A stretch of 44,743 nt of DNA from an uncultured Candidatus Saccharibacteria bacterium. GTDB taxonomy: Bacteria > Patescibacteriota > Minisyncoccia > Phycocordibacterales > UBA918. The translations under genes and the position numbers were made by a program. The stretch covers positions 1-44,743 of the forward strand of contig CAZYTF010000002.1 of the NCBI GenBank assembly GCA_964649535.1. The letters are read 5' to 3'. Under the pieces are notes generated by a model. It had not been told where the DNA came from. It saw only the letters and a program-made list of their open reading frames with translations, and did not search any database. Below are positions 43,786-44,743 of this stretch, in pieces (position 1 is the first letter of the stretch; each line of letters starts with the position of its first letter).

Positions 43786-44743
43786 ATGCGTATTGGTAAA
43801 ACACAACAGCATATTCTTCTCTGCACCGTACTTCTCGGTTTGCTCTTTGGTTTTGTGTTTTTCTCTCAGGATGTATTTGCTGCCCCTAATCAGCAGATTA
43901 ACTATCAAGGTAAGCTTACTGACGATGCTGGTGCGACTGTTGCTGATGGTGATTTCTCAATCACGTTCAGTCTGTACACACAGCCTAGTGGCGGTTCGGC
44001 TGTTTGGACTGAGACTACTTCAAACACAATCACAAGCGGTCTCTTCTCAGTCATGCTTGGAAGCAGTACTCCACTTACGAGTGTCGACTTCAACCAGACT
44101 TTGTACTTGGGTATCAATGTAGAGTCCGACGGGGAAATGTCTCCGCGCAAAATACTCGGCATCGTACCTGCAGCGTTTGAGGCGCAGCAGCTTGATGGTC
44201 TTGCGACTTCTTCATTCCTGAGAGCCGATCAGGCAGATACAGCAAGTGGTCTGCTCACTTTTGCAAACGGTTTCATCAGTCAAAGTTCAAGTACTGTCTC
44301 AGGCCTCACGACACTCACTGCAACGACAACCAACTTCGTCATTAATGGCCAGCGTTTCACCAATCTACTTGGTTCTGGTCTTACAAATACAGGGGGTGCA
44401 CTCACTGCAAATATCTCTGAGTCAAACCTCAACATTGACATCGGTCCAACCAATGGTTATGTGCTTCAAGCAAGCTCCACCTCAGCAGGTGGCTTCGTTT
44501 GGGTATCAACCACGACATTAGGATTTGCTGATTCAGGCGACCTTTCAAACTATCTTCCGCTTACAGGGGGCACACTTTCTGGTGACTTAACCCTCTCAGG
44601 TACCGCAGCAAACATTGCACTCGGTTCTAACTACCTCTCTGGTGACGGTGATGATGAAGGTGTGTTTGTGGATGGTGATGGGAATGTTGGGATTGGGACT
44701 GCGAGTCCAGTATCAAGTCTTGACGTAGAAGGCTCGCTATTAG
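43786..44743 (+). CDS. Secreted surface protein with tail-fibre-like Gly/Thr/Ser-rich repeats. 3'-truncated by the window edge and not in the supplied ORF track.
   Basis: My own translation from the ATG at 43786 gives 319 codons with no stop, running to the window end. It reads MRIGKTQQHILLCTVLLGLLFGFVFFSQDVFA (signal peptide), then APNQQINYQGKLTDDAGATVADGDFSITFSLYTQPSGGSAVWTETTSNTITSGLFSVMLG...SPRKILGIVPAAFEAQQLDG...GDGNVGIGTASPVSSLDVEG. The three listed ORFs in this region are in other frames. Confidence 0.7.
   Translation, partial: MRIGKTQQHILLCTVLLGLLFGFVFFSQDVFAAPNQQINYQGKLTDDAGATVADGDFSITFSLYTQPSGGSAVWTETTSNTITSGLFSVMLGSSTPLTSVDFNQTLYLGINVESDGEMSPRKILGIVPAAFEAQQLDGLATSSFLRADQADTASGLLTFANGFISQSSSTVSGLTTLTATTTNFVINGQRFTNLLGSGLTNTGGALTANISESNLNIDIGPTNGYVLQASSTSAGGFVWVSTTTLGFADSGDLSNYLPLTGGTLSGDLTLSGTAANIALGSNYLSGDGDDEGVFVDGDGNVGIGTASPVSSLDVEGSLL

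Noticed and set aside
43793-44521. Listed ORFs 43793-44122 (+), 43905-44162 (-) and 44246-44521 (+)
   Set aside because: All three lie inside, and out of frame with, the 319-codon open-ended frame starting at 43786. That frame has a signal peptide and recognisable surface-protein motifs. The listed translations are Cys/Leu/Ser-rich with no motifs.

Overview
This 44.7-kb window is densely packed and mostly on the plus strand. GC content is low to moderate. All family calls below come from reading motifs by eye in the supplied translations; no database search was run.

The gene content is most consistent with a Patescibacteria/CPR-like bacterium, but that is inference only. It rests on a secreted lamin-tail-domain protein, a histone-H1-like Lys-rich protein, membrane-tethered HTH paralogues, a tail-fibre-like surface protein and sparse housekeeping genes.

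Layout:
1. 2-3467: a 5'-truncated TrwB/TraD/VirD4-like P-loop ATPase, separated by 1 nt from a secreted LTD+PKD protein.
2. 3502-33463: a surface-glycan biosynthesis and tailoring locus of about 30 kb. It holds six GT4-type glycosyltransferases and three SDR epimerase/dehydratases. It also has an ATP-grasp + PHP + CE4-deacetylase trio, YvcK, a HAD-like protein and an AsnB-like amidotransferase. There are four SAM methyltransferases, one of them split by a frameshift. The rest are a cytidylyltransferase fused to a ParB/Srx-fold domain, a divergent CDP-alcohol phosphotransferase-like membrane protein, a Wzx-like flippase, a bifunctional ATP sulfurylase/APS kinase with two sulfotransferases, a secreted DNRLRE-like protein and an O-antigen-ligase-like TPR protein.
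3. 33470-41392: a housekeeping block of murB, an H1-like protein, secA, a DUF360 protein, a TVP38-like protein, obg and gatB.
4. 41454-44743: two paralogous HTH-transmembrane proteins around a 596-nt non-coding gap. They are followed by a 3'-truncated surface protein that is missing from the ORF track.

I found no tRNA, rRNA, CRISPR array, transposase or integrase.

Most noteworthy observations:
- A possible kinase-like / cytidylyltransferase / phosphotransferase head-group module.
- A dedicated PAPS-synthesis and sulfotransferase module.
- A G10 homopolymer in the AsnB-like gene, and an A8-associated frameshift in a methyltransferase, both possible phase variation.
- A perfect 42-nt tandem duplication of the secA initiation region, which creates a 13-codon uORF.
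- An AT-rich sub-island at about 22.1-25.9 kb.
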